The notes under the pieces: generated by a model
Seen by the model: only the letters and a program-made list of their open reading frames with translations
Database searches by the model: none
What the model was told of the DNA's origin: nothing
Shown: positions 1 through 12,090 of the stretch, in pieces
Position numbering within the stretch: the first letter of the stretch is position 1
Layout of the letters: the number at the start of each line of letters is the position of its first letter
Made by a program: the position numbers and the translations under genes
NCBI RefSeq assembly: GCF_018350175.1
Contig: NC_058373.1
Location: 111,104,001-111,168,000, forward strand
Length of the DNA stretch: 64,000 bases
Source: Felis catus
Taxonomy: Eukaryota
Reading direction: 5' to 3'

Positions 1-1429
1 CTGCAGCCACACAGTCCTCGCTGCATGGCTGGCTGTCTTCTGGAGCCTACAGTGACGTGCCATCTCTCCAGAGAAGATTCCCAGACCACCTCTGTGAAGG
101 AGGCCTCCCTACAGTGCTCCACCACCGCGCCTTGTTTGTGCCCCTCGTGGCACTCAGTTACAGTTTGTAGCGTGTGTTTAACTTGGTTTTGTCTGCTGCC
201 TCCCAGAGCTGTCAGCCCCTTGTGGGCAGGATGTTCAGCCCCACATCCAGCCCTAGACCAGCCTGGCCGCGGGAAACACCCCTGAGCCTAGACGTGAGCC
301 TGTGACATGAATCCAACTAAGACCGTCCACGGCCATCAAATCACGGGGCCCGTGCATACTGTCACAGAATAGTTCCAACAGAAGGAACACAGATGGCCAG
401 TATGGATAAAAAGATGCTCAGCCTCACTGATAGCCAGACAAAATCGGAATTGCAACCACTCAGCTTTTTCAAGTCTTAACATTTTTCCATATTCGCCTCC
501 CATGCACCCCTTTTCCATTTGTCAGTCTCCTTCCATCCCCAGCATCACCTTGTCCTAAGTTTGACATTTGGCATGCCTGCAGATAAGTTTTTGTGCTATC
601 ACTACATATGTATGTATCCATAAACAATATAGACAGAGAATGTTTTCATGCCTTTTAGGACAGTAGCTATTGGATCACTTATTGTGCATTGCTGTTCTTG
701 CTGACCGTTACACTTTTGAGGTTTACCCGTGTTCACCTATGTGGCTCTACTTGAACATTTTAACAACTCTATGGTATTCCCTTGTATAAATGTACCCCAA
801 CTGATTTTTCTTCTCCTGTTGGCGAACATTGAGATGGTTTCGGTTTGTGCCATTGCAAATGGAGTCACAGTGCACATTCTTGTGTTAGTTTCTCTAGGAG
901 AGACTTGCTGGGTTGAAGAGCACACACACCTTCATCTTCATAGACAACACCACCCCCCCCCCACCACTGCCCATGTGGCTTGTGTCGTTTTACACTCACA
1001 CAGTACTCAGATGAGTTGCTCTGTGGTCCAACTTTTCCTCTCTGCCATTTGATAGATGGGAAATGGTATCTCAGTTTTATTTTTACATTTCCCTCATTCG
1101 TAGTAAGGTTGAGCATCTTCTCAAATGTTCGTTGACCATTTGTGTTATGTCTTCTGTGAATTGCCTGCCAGCTGCTTGCTTGCTTCCTTGCTGATTTGTA
1201 ATTTTAATTGTTTGCCCTTTTCTTACACATTTGAAGGCGTTCTCTGTGTGTTCTCAATACTAATCCTGTGTCGGTGATGTGTGTAGTAAATCTCTTCCAG
1301 TTCGTGACTTGTCTTTTCACTTTTAGTGGGTTATTTGGTTGTTGAATAGAAGATTTTTAATTTTATAGTGAACAGTTTTACTGCCTTTTTGGTTTTTGAG
1401 GGTGGAGGGGTACTTAAGAAATCTTTCCC

Positions 1430-1648
1430 GGGGGTGCCTGGATGGCTCAGTTGGTTAAGCATCTGACTTCAGCTCAGGTTATGACCTCATAGTTCATGGG
1501 TTTGAGCCCCGCGTTGGGCTCTGTGCTGACAGCTCAGAGCCTGGAGCCTGCTTTGGATTTTGTGTTTTCCTCTCTCTCTGCCCCTGCCCCACTCACGCTC
1601 TGTCTCTCTGTCTCTCAAAAAGGAATAAACATTAAAAAAAATTTTTTT
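1430..1648 (+). mobile_element. Can-SINE (SINEC_Fc type)
   Basis: ggggtgcctggatggctcag head, (CT)n tract, A tail, TSD aagaaatctttccc. Confidence 0.95.
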
Positions 1649-1663
1649 AAAGAAGTCTTTCCC

Positions 1664-1855
1664 AGGGCACCTGGGTTGCTCAGTCGGTTAAGCATCCAAC
1701 TTCAGGTCATGATCTCATGGTTTGTGAGTTCGAGCCCTGTGTTGGGCTCTGTGCTGACAGCTCGGAGCCTGGAGCCTGCTTCCGATTCTGTCTCCCTCTC
1801 TCTCTGCCCCTCCCCCGCTCATGCTGTGTCCTCTCAAAAATAAAACATTAGAAAA
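1664..1855 (+). mobile_element. Can-SINE
   Basis: tRNA-like head, (CT)n tract, A tail. Confidence 0.95.
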
Positions 1856-3112
1856 AAAAAATCTTTCCCTACACTGAGGTCATATGTATATTTTCTTCCA
1901 AGCCATTTAAAGTTTTGCTCTTCCCATCTGGATTTTTAATTCTCTTGGAATTGATTTTTGTCTGTGGTGAGGGTTGGATATAATTTTATATTTTTTCCAT
2001 GTAGATGACCAATTGACCAATACCACTTACGGAAGTTTACAACTTTCCTACTGATGTGTGTCACATGTCTGTCACGTACTCGAGTTTCTGTATATGAGGT
2101 GCCTCTGTTCTGTTCCTCTGGTCTGTTTGCCTGTCTGTACTCTCTTAAGCAAATTGTAAATGCAGGTAGGCAGGTCCCATCCCCTTGTTCTTTTTCTTCA
2201 AAATTGCCTTGCTGTTCTTTCTTTTTGCTTTTTCCAATGAATTTTAGGATCAGCTTATCGAGTTCGACAAAAAAAAAAAACTATAATGGAATTTTTATGG
2301 GAATTGCATTAGATTTAAGATTAATGGGAGAGAACAGACTTCATTTCAATATTAAGGCTTTCCATTTGTGAACACGGTCTTTCAGATTATTTTTCATGTC
2401 CTTTAGTGGTCTTACATCATTTTCTCCATAAAAGACTAACACATCTTTTGTTAGACTTATGTCTAGGAAATTTATACTTTTTGTGTCTATTGTGACTGGA
2501 ATATATTTTTATATTTGTGACTGGTTGTTACTAATGTACAGAAATGATATTTATATTTTAATTGTATGCAGCCACCTTGCTGAACTTAATAGTTGTAATA
2601 GTTTGTAGAATCTCTTGGATTTTTTTATTTAGCATGTGATGTTATTTTCAAATAAGGACAGTTTTGCCTTTTTCTTTCTGATTCTTAAGAATTTTGTTTC
2701 TTTTTCTGCCTTGGGATGTTGGCTAAGACCCCCATAGAATGTTGACTGGAGGTGGTCATGGGGGGGCACTCCTGTCTTGCTTCTGGTTATAATGGGAAGG
2801 TGTCTATAATTTCAGCATTACGTAGGATCCTTACTGCAGGGTTCTGATAAATACCTCCTATCAAGTTAAGGATGTTACTTAACCCTCTCTTCCTGGTTTG
2901 CCAGGTTGTTTCTTGTTTGTTTGTTCCAATCATAATCTAATATTAAATTTTACTGAGGGCTTTTTCTACATCTGGTTTTTCTCCTTGACTGTGCTATATT
3001 TTGTTAATAAGTGTTCTGATGTTAACATTACATTCCTAGGATCAGCCCTTCTTATGGTCAGAGGACAGCGTGATTGTGTGTGTTTAATGCATTGCTGGAT
3101 TCAGTTTGCTAG

Positions 3113-3295
3113 TATTTTTTTTTAAGTTTATTTATTTGGGGGGGGGGGGCAGAGAGAAAGGGAGAGAGAGGATCCCAAACAGGCTCTGCACTGCTAGCAC
3201 AGAGCCCGATGTAGGGCTTGAACTCACAGATTGTGAGATCGTGACCTGAGCCAAAACCATGAGTTGCACATGCAACCGAGACCCCCAGGTGCCCC
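3113..3295 (-). mobile_element. Can-SINE
   Basis: Poly-T, (GA)n, ends ccaggtgcccc. TSD cagtttgctag. Confidence 0.9.
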
Positions 3296-3320
3296 AGTTT
3301 GCTAGCATTTTTGACTAGTA

Positions 3321-3542
3321 TTTTTTTTTTTTTTAATTTGAGAGACAGTGCGAGTGGGGGAGGGACAGAGAGCGAGGGAGGGAGAATCCCAAGCAGGCTC
3401 TGCGCCACCAACACAGAGCCCAACACGAGGCTCAAACCCACGAAACCACAAGATCATGACCTGAGCTGAAACCAAGAGTCAGATGCTTAACTGACTGACT
3501 AGTATTTTACTAGTATTTTTACCTGGGCCACCCAGGTGTCCC
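3321..3542 (-). mobile_element. Can-SINE with interrupted 5' end
   Basis: SINE body to ~3497, head gccacccaggtgtccc displaced to 3526-3542. Confidence 0.85.
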
Positions 3543-3866
3543 TGACTAGTATTTTTATTTAGGATTTTTTTTTTGCATGGTATTCATAAGAAAAGCTGAT
3601 CTGAATTTTTTATTGTATTGCTCTTTCCAGTTTATATTTCAGGATAATATCACAGCCTCATAAATTAGATGGGTACTTCTTCTCCACCCCCACCCCTGCC
3701 TTTTGTTTAGACTTTGAAAAAGTTTATATAAGTTAGAGATTATGTTTCTTGTAGGTTTGGTAGCACTTGCTTGAGAAACCATCCAGGCCTGCCTGATATT
3801 TTGGGGGAGGAATGGTGGAGCAGAATAAGCAACTGTTATTACTGATTTAATTTATTCATACAAGTT

Positions 3867-4052
3867 GGGGCGGCTCAGTTGGTTAAGTGTCTGACTCGAT
3901 TTTGCCCCAGGTCGTAATCTCATGGTTCTGTGAGTTTGAGCCCTGCATTGGACTATGTGCTGACAGCACAGAGCCTACTTGGGATTCTTTCTCTCTCCCT
4001 CTCTCTCTGCTCCTCCCCCCACCAAACTAAATAAATAAAAACTTTAAAAAAA
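3867..4052 (+). mobile_element. Can-SINE
   Basis: ggctcagttggttaag head, (CT)n tract, A-rich tail. Confidence 0.9.
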
Positions 4053-4170
4053 TGTATTCATACAAATTTTAAAGAATTTCTTTTGAAAATTTATATTGTT
4101 CTATAGAATTATTCAGTTTATCTGTACTTTTATAGGTTTTGGCATAGAGTTGCTCATAGTATTCTCTCTC

Positions 4171-4388
4171 TTTTTTTTTTTTAACGTTTATTCAGTTTTG
4201 AGAGACACAGAGAGACAGAGCGTGAATAAGGGAAGGGCAGAGAGAGAGGGAGACACAGTATCTGAAACCTGATCCAGGCTCTGAGCTGTCAGCACAGAGC
4301 CCGACATGGGGCTTGAACTCATGAACCATGAGATCACGACCTGAGCCGAAGTCGGACGCTTAACCAACTGAGCCACCCAGGCGCCCCC
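4171..4388 (-). mobile_element. Can-SINE
   Basis: Full length, TSD catagtatt. Confidence 0.95.
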
Positions 4389-5052
4389 ATAGTATTTTAA
4401 AAGTAGTTTTAAAACCTCTCCTGCATTTCTGTCCCCTCCTTCATTCTCCCAGAGTGGATGAGTCCTGAATATTGGCCTCCAGTTGTGCCCTGTCTCAGAC
4501 CTAAAGTTTCTTTTGGATTTCTATGATGTAGTAGACTACTATAAAAGAGTTTAAATATGGCCTGACGCTTTTACTGCATCATAGCGTTGTGGTCCTTTTC
4601 CTTGATTACAAATGTAAATAAAGACATGTATGTTTTAATAATTAGAATATATACAAAAGTATAAGAAAATATCACGGGACTGATTTTGGCGTATGTCCAA
4701 TTTCTGCCTATAAATCACATCTACAAACACATTTTCAAAAAGTAAGTTTGGGATAACATTATATATACTGTTTTCCTCACATGATACATTATAAGCATTT
4801 GCCCTTACCATTAAATATTTGAAAGCATGTTTTTAAACGGCTGTGTAATATTCCTTTGTATCCCATGTAGCATTAACTGCTTTTACTAATACCTTGTTGT
4901 TGAACATCAGGGCCTGGGGTGATAAACCTCCCTGTGTATCTCTGATGATTCCTTCTTCTGATAAATTCTTACAAGTGCATGTAAAGGTTTCAAGTCTGTG
5001 CACGGTCGCAAGGACCACTGGGGTGATTGATCGGCATCTGTTCTCTTTGCAG

Positions 5053-5184
5053 CAGCCCACTCACCCTGTGTACAATATTGGACCAGATAAGGTGATCCAG
5101 GCCACCATGCACTTCCTGCAGAAGCCAGTCCCAGGCTTTGAGGAACATGACGACGAGGCACCAGCAGAGACTGCCACCGACTAG
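5053..5184 (+). CDS. FNTB: FNTB (protein farnesyltransferase beta subunit), last coding exon
   Basis: Translates QPTHPVYNIGPDKVIQATMHFLQKPVPGFEEHDDEAPAETATD*, matching the recalled mammalian FNTB C-terminus. Preceded by acceptor ttctctttgcAG (AG 5051-5052), stop TAG 5182-5184. FNTB next to MAX is the known synteny. Confidence 0.95.
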   Translation, partial: QPTHPVYNIGPDKVIQATMHFLQKPVPGFEEHDDEAPAETATD

Positions 5185-6525
5185 AAGACCCAGGACCCCT
5201 GGCTCTATGTTCACCCACCTCCCCGGTCAGACCCAGGTTTATACATTTCGATACATACTGCATTCCGTGCTGCAGAAGCCTTGGCCACTAGGGAGCTGTG
5301 GTCCTTTGTCCTTTTCTTGTCAAACAAAACAAAACTGATGGTCCTGGGTTTGGAGAAAATAGTGGCGTGGTTTTTAAAAAATTCTTTCCACTTCCGTCAA
5401 ACCAAAAATCTGTCAGCCCGTGCGGCATCTAAACCCGGCTCTGGCCTGGCCAGGATTGTTGGGGAACGGTGCATGCTGGGCGGGACCAGTCCTTCGCCGC
5501 CAGCTCTCCGGCCCGGACAGTCGTACTGAAATGAACGGTGTCTATGAGTCACTGCTGCGATTCCCCCCTGCACGCCACCATTAAGTCACCAGGAAGGTGC
5601 CCTCCCCTGAGTGGAAATAAGTCTATTCCGTGCCGAGGGGGAGGGGGAGCTTTGGTCCCATCACAGTGAATTCTCTAGAAAAAAATCATGGTGGGACTTC
5701 ACTAGGAGATGCCCTACCTCTCACCTTCCACCTCAGTCATTTGCAAGGGAAAGGAGCTGGGGGTGGGGGAGAAAGATCTCCTTGAGTTGTGAGTCCCTCC
5801 CCCTCCGCACTGGAGAACTGAGCCACACTTCTCCCCAGGGCGGGACTCGCTTCAGCCACAGGGGTGGTGACTTAGACCCAGGAAACCAATTATGAGTGGA
5901 AAATGAACCTCTAGTTCACTTCTGTGTCCGAGGAAGCAGCCCCAGTGCCCGCCCCCCATCATGTATGTGAAATACCCTTCTCGTGTCCTCAAGGCCGCAC
6001 CCGTAGCCTGTGGCCATTGTGCGTGTTTCCATCTTTCTTCCATCAGACTCCCAGCCCATCACCCTCAGAGACGGTGTTGTCTTCTCTCATCTGGAGTATT
6101 AACACTACTAAGTCTTTCACCTTAATTTGACTCAGGATTTATTCACATCCTGCCCACTCTAGTCTCACAGAGATAAAGTCAAGTGCTAGATAGGCTGGCT
6201 GCTCAGCCGGCTGTGGCAGGGCTGAGTGCCGCCCGGCGTGCTCAGCCTGGCAGGGCCTCTGCTGCTCACAGGGAACCCTTTCTCGGTCAGCGGGGCGTTG
6301 AGTTGGGCCATCTGTCCGCTGCTACAGTCACGGCACACTCCGTGCGGCTGACCTGGCCTTCACGTACGCAGCCCCGGACCGCGAGCAGACAGGAGCCTGG
6401 AGGTGCGGCACGAGGCTCTTCTCAAAACTCTGGCCGTCTGCTGCCTCTCATTCCCTATTGCTTTGGCGGATTGGGCTATGTATTACCTCCTTGAAATAAT
6501 AAAAGAATAACATTTTCTCTGATGT
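5185..6525 (+). other. FNTB: FNTB 3' UTR
   Basis: Repeat-free sequence after the stop codon, ending at AATAAA 6498-6503. The end coordinate is approximate. Confidence 0.7.
6498..6503 (+). terminator. FNTB: FNTB polyadenylation signal
   Basis: AATAAA about 1.3 kb after the stop, followed by T/GT-rich sequence. Confidence 0.7.
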
Positions 6526-7320
6526 CTCTCATTTGTGACTGGTCCCAAGAACATTCCCTCAGAGTGTCCACTGTTGGGAGTTACTGAAGATTGCTCGCGG
6601 ATTGCCGGTCTCCCGTGTGTGTGACATTTCAGACCTTGCAGGGATCTGACTTGGGTTCCACCCTCAGACAGCTGCTCCAGTGGATGCCACTGTGGGCCCA
6701 ACAAGCAGTGGGAGAAGCTCTGTCTCCCAAGCTCCCCAAACCAGTTCTGTTTACTTTTGTCCCAGCCCTCTGTACGCCGCGTCTCATGGTGTCTGTGTGT
6801 CTGTCTGATTCTGAGCAGAGACTGTGCTCCTGAGTCCGAAGGCAAGAATTCAGCAACAGGTGGAGGTGGCTGTCCTGACCAGAGGCGGGGGGACTGTCAC
6901 AGAACGGGCCAGAATCCTGTGGTCACCTGGCTTTCCTTCTCATCTGGTGAGAGACCCTCTCTCAAGGGAGGCCAACAAGGCAGATACTCCTTGTCCTGAC
7001 CCTCCATGGACGAGAAGAGGGTATCCTCATCTTGGAATATAATTCCTGCCCCGTGCTCTTTTTGCCCAGATAACAAAACAGTTTGGGCCACAAAGCAGCA
7101 CATTGAAATGCATCCTTCCCGTGACTGTAACAAAAGGCCAAACCCTCTAACACCAGCAGCCTCAAGGTATTAGGGGATTAATTGTAGTAATTGATGTGGT
7201 TAGAGACAGAAGGGATTGCTTCGGTATGAGTTGGCTTTATACCAAGGGGAGAGGGTCTGAGCTGGCCCCAGGATTAGGTGAAGTTTGCCTAGGTAGAGGA
7301 GAGAGGGTCATTTACTGGTA

Positions 7321-7514
7321 TTTAAAAAATTTTTATTTGAGAGAGAGAGAGGACACCATTGGGGGTGCAGAGAGAGAGAGGGAGAGAGAGACCCAAGCAG
7401 GCTCTGCGTGGCAGCACAGAGCGCGACATGGGGTTCATTTCATGAACCGTGAGATCATGACCTGAGCCAAAATCAAGAGTCGGATGCCAAACCGACTGAG
7501 CCACCCAGGCGCCC
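7321..7514 (-). mobile_element. Can-SINE
   Basis: Ends gagccacccaggcgccc. Confidence 0.93.
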
Positions 7515-8758
7515 TGGCATTCTTGTCTCAGGGGGTTTACACTGGCATAACCATGAGACTCCCTTTCTGCTCCCAGTTGGGTCTGGAGGATTTCTTGACT
7601 TTTACAGCATTCAAAGTGGGTGCTGGAGATAAATTCTCAGATAAACAGATTTATCATGTGTATCCTTAAGTAGAAGGCACTTACGTAGCATTCAAGATGG
7701 GTTACCCCAAATACCTCCCTCACCAATAAAGAAATACAGAACTACCACAGATGTCCAGATGGACCCCAACTGCCCCCTTGGACCCATTTCAGACCCACGT
7801 TGAATCCTGTGTAAGTTGGGAGGCCTGCTAGATCCTCGTGTGAGCAGAAGGGGAGCCTCCTGGATAAGCAGACGCCCCTGAGATAACAATACCAGTCAAT
7901 GATATTCCTAAACTGCCTTCTCTTTGCGGCATCATTTCTGAGTTAGAAGCCATCAATCAGATTCTGGCCACTGTGTTGGCCACTGTGTTGGGGGCAATGC
8001 TGTACTCTACTTGAGGAAGCCACTTCTCATGAAGACCGCCCACAAAAGCATATGCCATAATATTAAGTAACAGCTCCACGATGGCCTTCCGTTGAGGACT
8101 AGCCTTAGATCTTGATATGTTGCTTCCTGGTGACTTAACTTAGCAGAGAGATGGAGGTTAGAGACTCCTGGCAAGGTGGTTGTTTATGTGACCTTGGCGA
8201 TTGCATCAATGTTAACCATCTATTGTACTTGTGTCAGGAGCTTGATAGAATTAAGAGTGGAGCTCTGAGTGCTCCATATTGTTGGCAGCAGTGGAATCCA
8301 TTGGCTTCAGATGGTAGATGTACAGATAACAATGCTGACATTCCATTATAAAACTGAAGAACTGGTCTCATCTTCCAACCAGGTTTTCATTCATCCAACC
8401 TCCTTATGGAAGTAGGTCACTGGGCTTCCTGCAGGAATTCGCCAGTAGCTTCAGCATCCCAACTCTGAGAGAAGGGTAATGGTCTGGGGTGGGGAAAGAA
8501 ATGTTCTTTATGTCTGCAGGCTTCCGAGGCACTCTTTGGCCAGGACTACTGTGTACGATGTCTGTCATTCACTGTCTGGGATAAATCCAGTTCAATGAAA
8601 GTTTGCTTTCTTAATGCTAATAATCAGGCCTGAGGTTAATGATACAGATAGAAGTCTATGATGGAGGGCTACTCAATGTTGCTTCCATTTGGGAGCCCAG
8701 GAATAACTTGGGGGTGGGGGGAATATTTGCTAATGTTTTATTAGTCTACCATCTATCC

Positions 8759-8943
8759 CAGGGGGCAGCAAATTTTCTCTGTAAATGGTAAGTATTTTAA
8801 GCTTTGCACACAACTACTCAACTTTGATCGGCCATGGTAGGACAAAACAGCCATAGACAAAGTGCGGTCGTGTTCCAGTAAAACTTTATGAAAACAGGTG
8901 GTGGGCTAGATTTGGCCCATGGGCTGTAGTGTGCCTACCTGTG
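8759..8943. mobile_element. MER58-like hAT-Charlie MITE
   Basis: cagggggcagcaaa...ttggcccatgggctgtagtgtgcctacctgtg. Degenerate 8-bp TSD atctatcc/atctagac. Confidence 0.75.
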
Positions 8944-9169
8944 ATCTAGACCAAATCCCATCCGTATTCATTCAGCATTCTTCCACATCTTTCATGGCTG
9001 AGATGTAATGTAATACTATGTCCATGTACTACTAGTCTCAAAAGGCAAATGTGCTTGGTAGAATTTGTACCAAATATTCCAGCCACCCACGTGTGCTGCT
9101 CGGGCATTCACTGCCACGAAACAGGAAGAACTGAATGATTTAAGACACTGTTACAACTTGCTTAAAACA

Positions 9170-10170
9170 AAGAGGAAACGTGTTGACTCTTAAACTGAGA
9201 CGTCCAGGAATTAGCTTGGCTGTATGGCTTTAGCAGCTTCCTCGGTCTTTCTGTATCAGCTCCAACCTCAGGCTCTCTCCATGTGACTGTCAAATGGCAG
9301 CAGCAACAGCTGCAGACCGTACATCCTCTGAGGGTGAAGTTCAGCAGACACGAGCAGTTGGCACTGTCCCAGTCTTCCTTCCCAGCAAGTGTCACTGCGT
9401 CTCACTGCCTTTGATCAAGCCACGTGCTTTTCTGAGAAGCAATCCAGTGGCCAGATTGAAGTGCACTGAATGACCTAAGTCTTGATCACATGCTTCTTGC
9501 ATGAGTGGGAAATGGGGCTCCATCAGCAGCACACAGTCTAAGAGTGGGGAAGGAACGAAGCCCCGAGTCCAAATTAGGGTTGTAGTCAAAGCGGGGAAAT
9601 GGATGCTAGAGAGACAAACCACCACCGCTGTCTACAACAGTGGATTATTACTGGGATAGAAACCTGTGGTGGACACGGTTGGCATCCATTCCTCCCCTCC
9701 CCAACTGTGGCAGCCAATAGGCTCATGTGAATGTGATCCCCTTCCGACCTCCAGGACCAGGCCCTGATTGGCCTAAGGCAATCATTTTAATCCATCCCTC
9801 TTCGGCAAGAACAGAAGCCTACACCAATCAAATGGCTTGCCCTGGCCTCATTGATTGATGCAGAATAGAGCATGTGGCCTACAAAAACCGGAGAGAAGCC
9901 CAGGACATTTGATGATAGAGGAAAAGCACCTCTCTCCCCTTAGGGATGGTAGAATGTGTGGCCTGGGACTCCTACAAGCATTTTCCTACCTACAAGGAAG
10001 CCAGTCTCAGAAGCCAGTACGCACAGACTCCCTGACTCACTAAGAAGCATGGCCAGAACCCTGATCACCCCCCTCCTGCAGTTTGTCTTGCTTCTGGGTT
10101 TTTCGGCTATGTGAACCAACCTGAGGTGGATTTACTCTGACTCGCAACCAAAAGCATCCTAACACATACA
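9170..10170. mobile_element. Old MaLR (MLT1-type) LTR fragments
   Basis: MLT1-like motifs (aaatggcagcagcaacagc..., actcgcaaccaaaagcatcctaac). Subfamily not determined. Confidence 0.55.
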
Positions 10171-11039
10171 AAACTCTATCCGTGAAAGTTCTTACCTGCT
10201 GCCTGAAGGGCACGGATCACCCTTGCCACATCCACCCGAAGAATAACCCCTAAGAGAGTTCCTCCTGGTCTACTGCCTCTCCTCATTTGATCCTTGACTC
10301 AACCTCACGAGGTGGGTGAGGCAGCCGTAGTATCTGCGTTTTACAACTGTCGAAACAGGTCAGAGAGCTTAAGTGAATCACCCGAGGTTTCTGGCGATCA
10401 AGGAGTGGAGTCTGAACCTGAACCCAGACCTGCTGCCCAGGAGCTTCCATCCCCCCAGGTGTCTAAAGGAAGGTGGAGTGCGTGGTCTCGGGGATGGAGG
10501 CAGTACCCAAACGTGTGTGGGTTACCTCCGGGGCCGGATGACAGAGACCCTGAAGGCCGGCCCCCATCTTTTACCAGGACGAGCATGCTGACAGCCAGTG
10601 GCCGGGGCAGGCTGGCCTCCCTCTTCGGTCTTCGTCTCCTGCTCTGCCAAGTCTTCAGCATAGAGCGACGATCCCCACATCAAATGGGTGCCACCCCAGT
10701 GCAGAGCGAGGCTATGGTGAGTCAGTCTTTCTGGTAGCTCTGAAGACAGCCCGCCCCCTGCAGCCTGGCCCGGCCTGCCTAACCGGTTCCTGGACTGGAC
10801 ATCCTCTTTCACTTCCCGGCAACTCTGCTTTTCACCAGCTGGTGCAGGAGGTTCAGAGAAGGAGGCCAGGTGGCCGATGCTCCCCTCCCACTGCTTGTGT
10901 ACGTCCAAGAACAGCCCGGCAGGCGGGGACACAGTGCTCATCGCTCGCCCGGCTTAATGGAAAACTTTCCCTGCCCTCTGCCCCTCCTGCATAAACACCA
11001 CTCCTGCAAAATAATCATAACGATGCATTTAAAAAAGAC

Positions 11040-12090
11040 GACCTTTTTATTTTAGGATAGTTTTAGATGGACAGAAAAATCGCAAGGATAGTAGATCCCT
11101 ATGTCCCTTAAGCCAGCTTCCCCCACTGTTGCCATCTTACGTGAATATGGAACATTCGTCGAAACTAATGAACCAATGTTGATACGTTACCATTAACTAA
11201 AGTCCATAGTTTATTTGAATAACTTAGTTTTTACCTAAATGCCCCTTTTCTGTCCCCAGATCCCATCCAGGACACCTCATTACATTTAGTCAACTCTCCT
11301 TAGGCTGCTCTTGGCTGTGACAGTTTCTCAGGCTTTCCTTCTTGTGGGTGGCCTTGACAGTTTGAGGAATACCGGTCAGGTATTTTGTAGATGGCCTCTC
11401 ACTTGGAAATTGCATGAAAACATTCTCATGATCGGGGTAGGGCTGTGCGTTTTGGGGGTAAGGCCACAGAGGCCAGGTGCCCTCTCATCACATCCTATCA
11501 AGGGTACGTGTGGTCCACATGGCTTGTCCCGGGGGCTTTTAACGTTGAGACCTGGCTGAAAGCATGTGTCGGGCTATCGCACTGCAAGATTCCTCTTTCT
11601 TCCCCTTTCCAGACTGTGCCCTTTAGAAGGAAGTCCACGTGCACAGTACACATTTAAGGAGCGGAGAGCTATGCCCCACATCCTTGAAGGTAGGGTATCT
11701 ACATAAGTTATTTGGAATTCTGTGGGAGGTTTGTCTTTTCTCCATTTATTTATTTTTCTACCCATTTGTTTATATTGGTATGGACTTGTGAATGCTTATT
11801 TAACGCTTTGGGTTATGTTCCATACTATGTTGTTTATTTTATTGCTCAAATTATTCCAGCTTTGGCCATTAACTCTTTCAGTTGGTTCCTGTGTCCCCTT
11901 GACATCTCCACACTTCCTTACTTATAAAATAGCGTCATCAGCATCATATCCTCATTCTGTCATCCCTTTTCTTTCAAGAAGTATGGGCCTGTTGATAATC
12001 GTTGACACTGGATAACGGGTGCATTGGGGTTCAGTATACTATGCTCTTCAATCTTTGGTCACATTACATTCTGTCCAGAATAAAAAGTAC
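11040..12090 (-). mobile_element. L1MC-type 3' end fragment
   Basis: atagttttagatggacagaaaaatcgcaaggatagta... ccaggacacctcattacatttagt is typical of L1MC 3' UTR. Confidence 0.7.

Larger units (their letters stand above)
390..3860 (-). mobile_element. Old L1 (L1M-type) fragments in the last FNTB intron, interrupted by SINEs
   Basis: T-rich antisense L1 ORF2-like motifs (e.g. aatggtatctcagttttatttttacatttccctc, gaattttaggatcagctt). Boundaries approximate. Confidence 0.75.

Noticed and set aside
1496-1843. Recurrent ORFs of the type SSSPVLGSVLTAQSLEPASDSVS
   Set aside because: Translations of Can-SINE sequence, not genes.
4894-5052. In-frame upstream extension of the FNTB last-exon ORF
   Set aside because: Intronic. 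FNTB similarity starts only after the AG at 5051-5052.
6219-6248. Small GC-rich hairpin in the FNTB 3' UTR
   Set aside because: About 9-12 bp with wobbles. Expected by chance in GC-rich sequence and no known motif.
7965-7991. 12-bp tandem duplication tggccactgtgt
   Set aside because: Ordinary slippage duplication. Similar ones occur inside SINEs near 53851 and 60141.
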